Below, in pieces: positions 46,746-47,167 of a DNA stretch of 47,167 nt (the first letter of the stretch is position 1; the number at the start of each line of letters is the position of its first letter). The notes under the pieces were generated by a model, which did no database searches, was not told the origin of the DNA, and saw nothing but the letters and a program-made list of their open reading frames with translations. The stretch is from the IMG/VR virus record IMGVR_UViG_2861084961_000002; one strand, written 5' to 3'. Made by a program: the position numbers and the translations under genes. The DNA is from a virus (Duplodnaviria > Heunggongvirae > Uroviricota > Caudoviricetes).

Positions 46746-47167
46746 CCTCGCGCATACAGCCGGGCAGTGACGTCATCGTCTGCGCGGAAATGGACGAACA
46801 GTGGGGCTATGTCGGGGCTAAATCGCGCCAGCGCTGGCTGTTTTACGCGTATGACAGGCTCCGGAAGACGGTTGTTGCGCACGTATTCGGTGAACGCACT
46901 ATGGCGACGCTGGGGCATCTTATGAGCCTGCTGTCACCCTTTGACGTGGTGATATGGATGACGGATGGCTGGCCGCTGTATGAATCCCGCCTGAAGGGAA
47001 AGCTGCACGTAATCAGCAAGCGATATACGCAGCGAATTGAGCAGCATAACCTGAATCTGAGGCAGCACCTGGCACGGCTGGGACGGAAGTCGCTGTCGTT
47101 CTCAAAATCGGTGGAGCTGCATGACAAAGTCATCGGGCATTATCTGAACATAAAACACTATCAATAA
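46664..47167 (+). CDS. insB: IS1 InsB frame (expressed as InsAB' transposase by -1 frameshift)
   Basis: 167-aa ORF in the -1 frame overlapping insA 3' end, running to the window edge. Confidence 0.9.

Larger units (their letters stand above)
46415..47167 (+). mobile_element. IS1 (truncated by the window edge; about 15 bp missing)
   Basis: Left inverted repeat GGTGATGCTGCCAACTTACTGATTTAGTGTATGATGGTG at 46415; insA and insB frames with A6C slippery site near 46722-46732. Confidence 0.95.

Overview
The window is almost entirely a lambda-type prophage integrated at the lambda attB site beside host gene ybhC (1-1284, minus strand). attL (core GCTTTTTTATACTAA plus the P' arm) sits at about 1326-1418, and the prophage runs past the right edge of the window, where an IS1 copy is cut off. 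Gene order is the textbook lambda prophage map: int-xis, the early-left recombination genes (exo, bet, gam, kil, cIII), N with nutL and pL/oL, cI, oR/pR, cro, cII, O with ori iterons, P, ren, a nin region, Q, a lysis cassette, cos, then the full head and tail gene set Nu1 through J, followed by lom, a long side tail fiber gene and tfa. All calls rest on recognising the translated ORFs and DNA motifs from memory; no database search was possible. The phage is mosaic: immunity, replication and structural genes look like lambda itself, while the Q-porin-holin-endolysin-Rz/Rz1-bor block resembles phage 82 / DLP12. Accessory content that departs from lambda is where I would look for new biology: a single NYN-domain protein sits where rexA/rexB should be, directly downstream of cI; an AT-rich rightward gene encoding a coiled-coil plus zinc-ribbon protein lies convergent with N; a secreted LprI/DUF1311-like protein replaces ea8.5; and a Dam-type methyltransferase replaces ninC. 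An IS911-like element (7783-9030, 3-bp target duplication CAC) splits a small early-left gene. Nu1 and Z each carry a 1-nt homopolymer frameshift, so the prophage is either packaging-defective or the assembly has homopolymer errors. No tRNA, rRNA or CRISPR array was seen.
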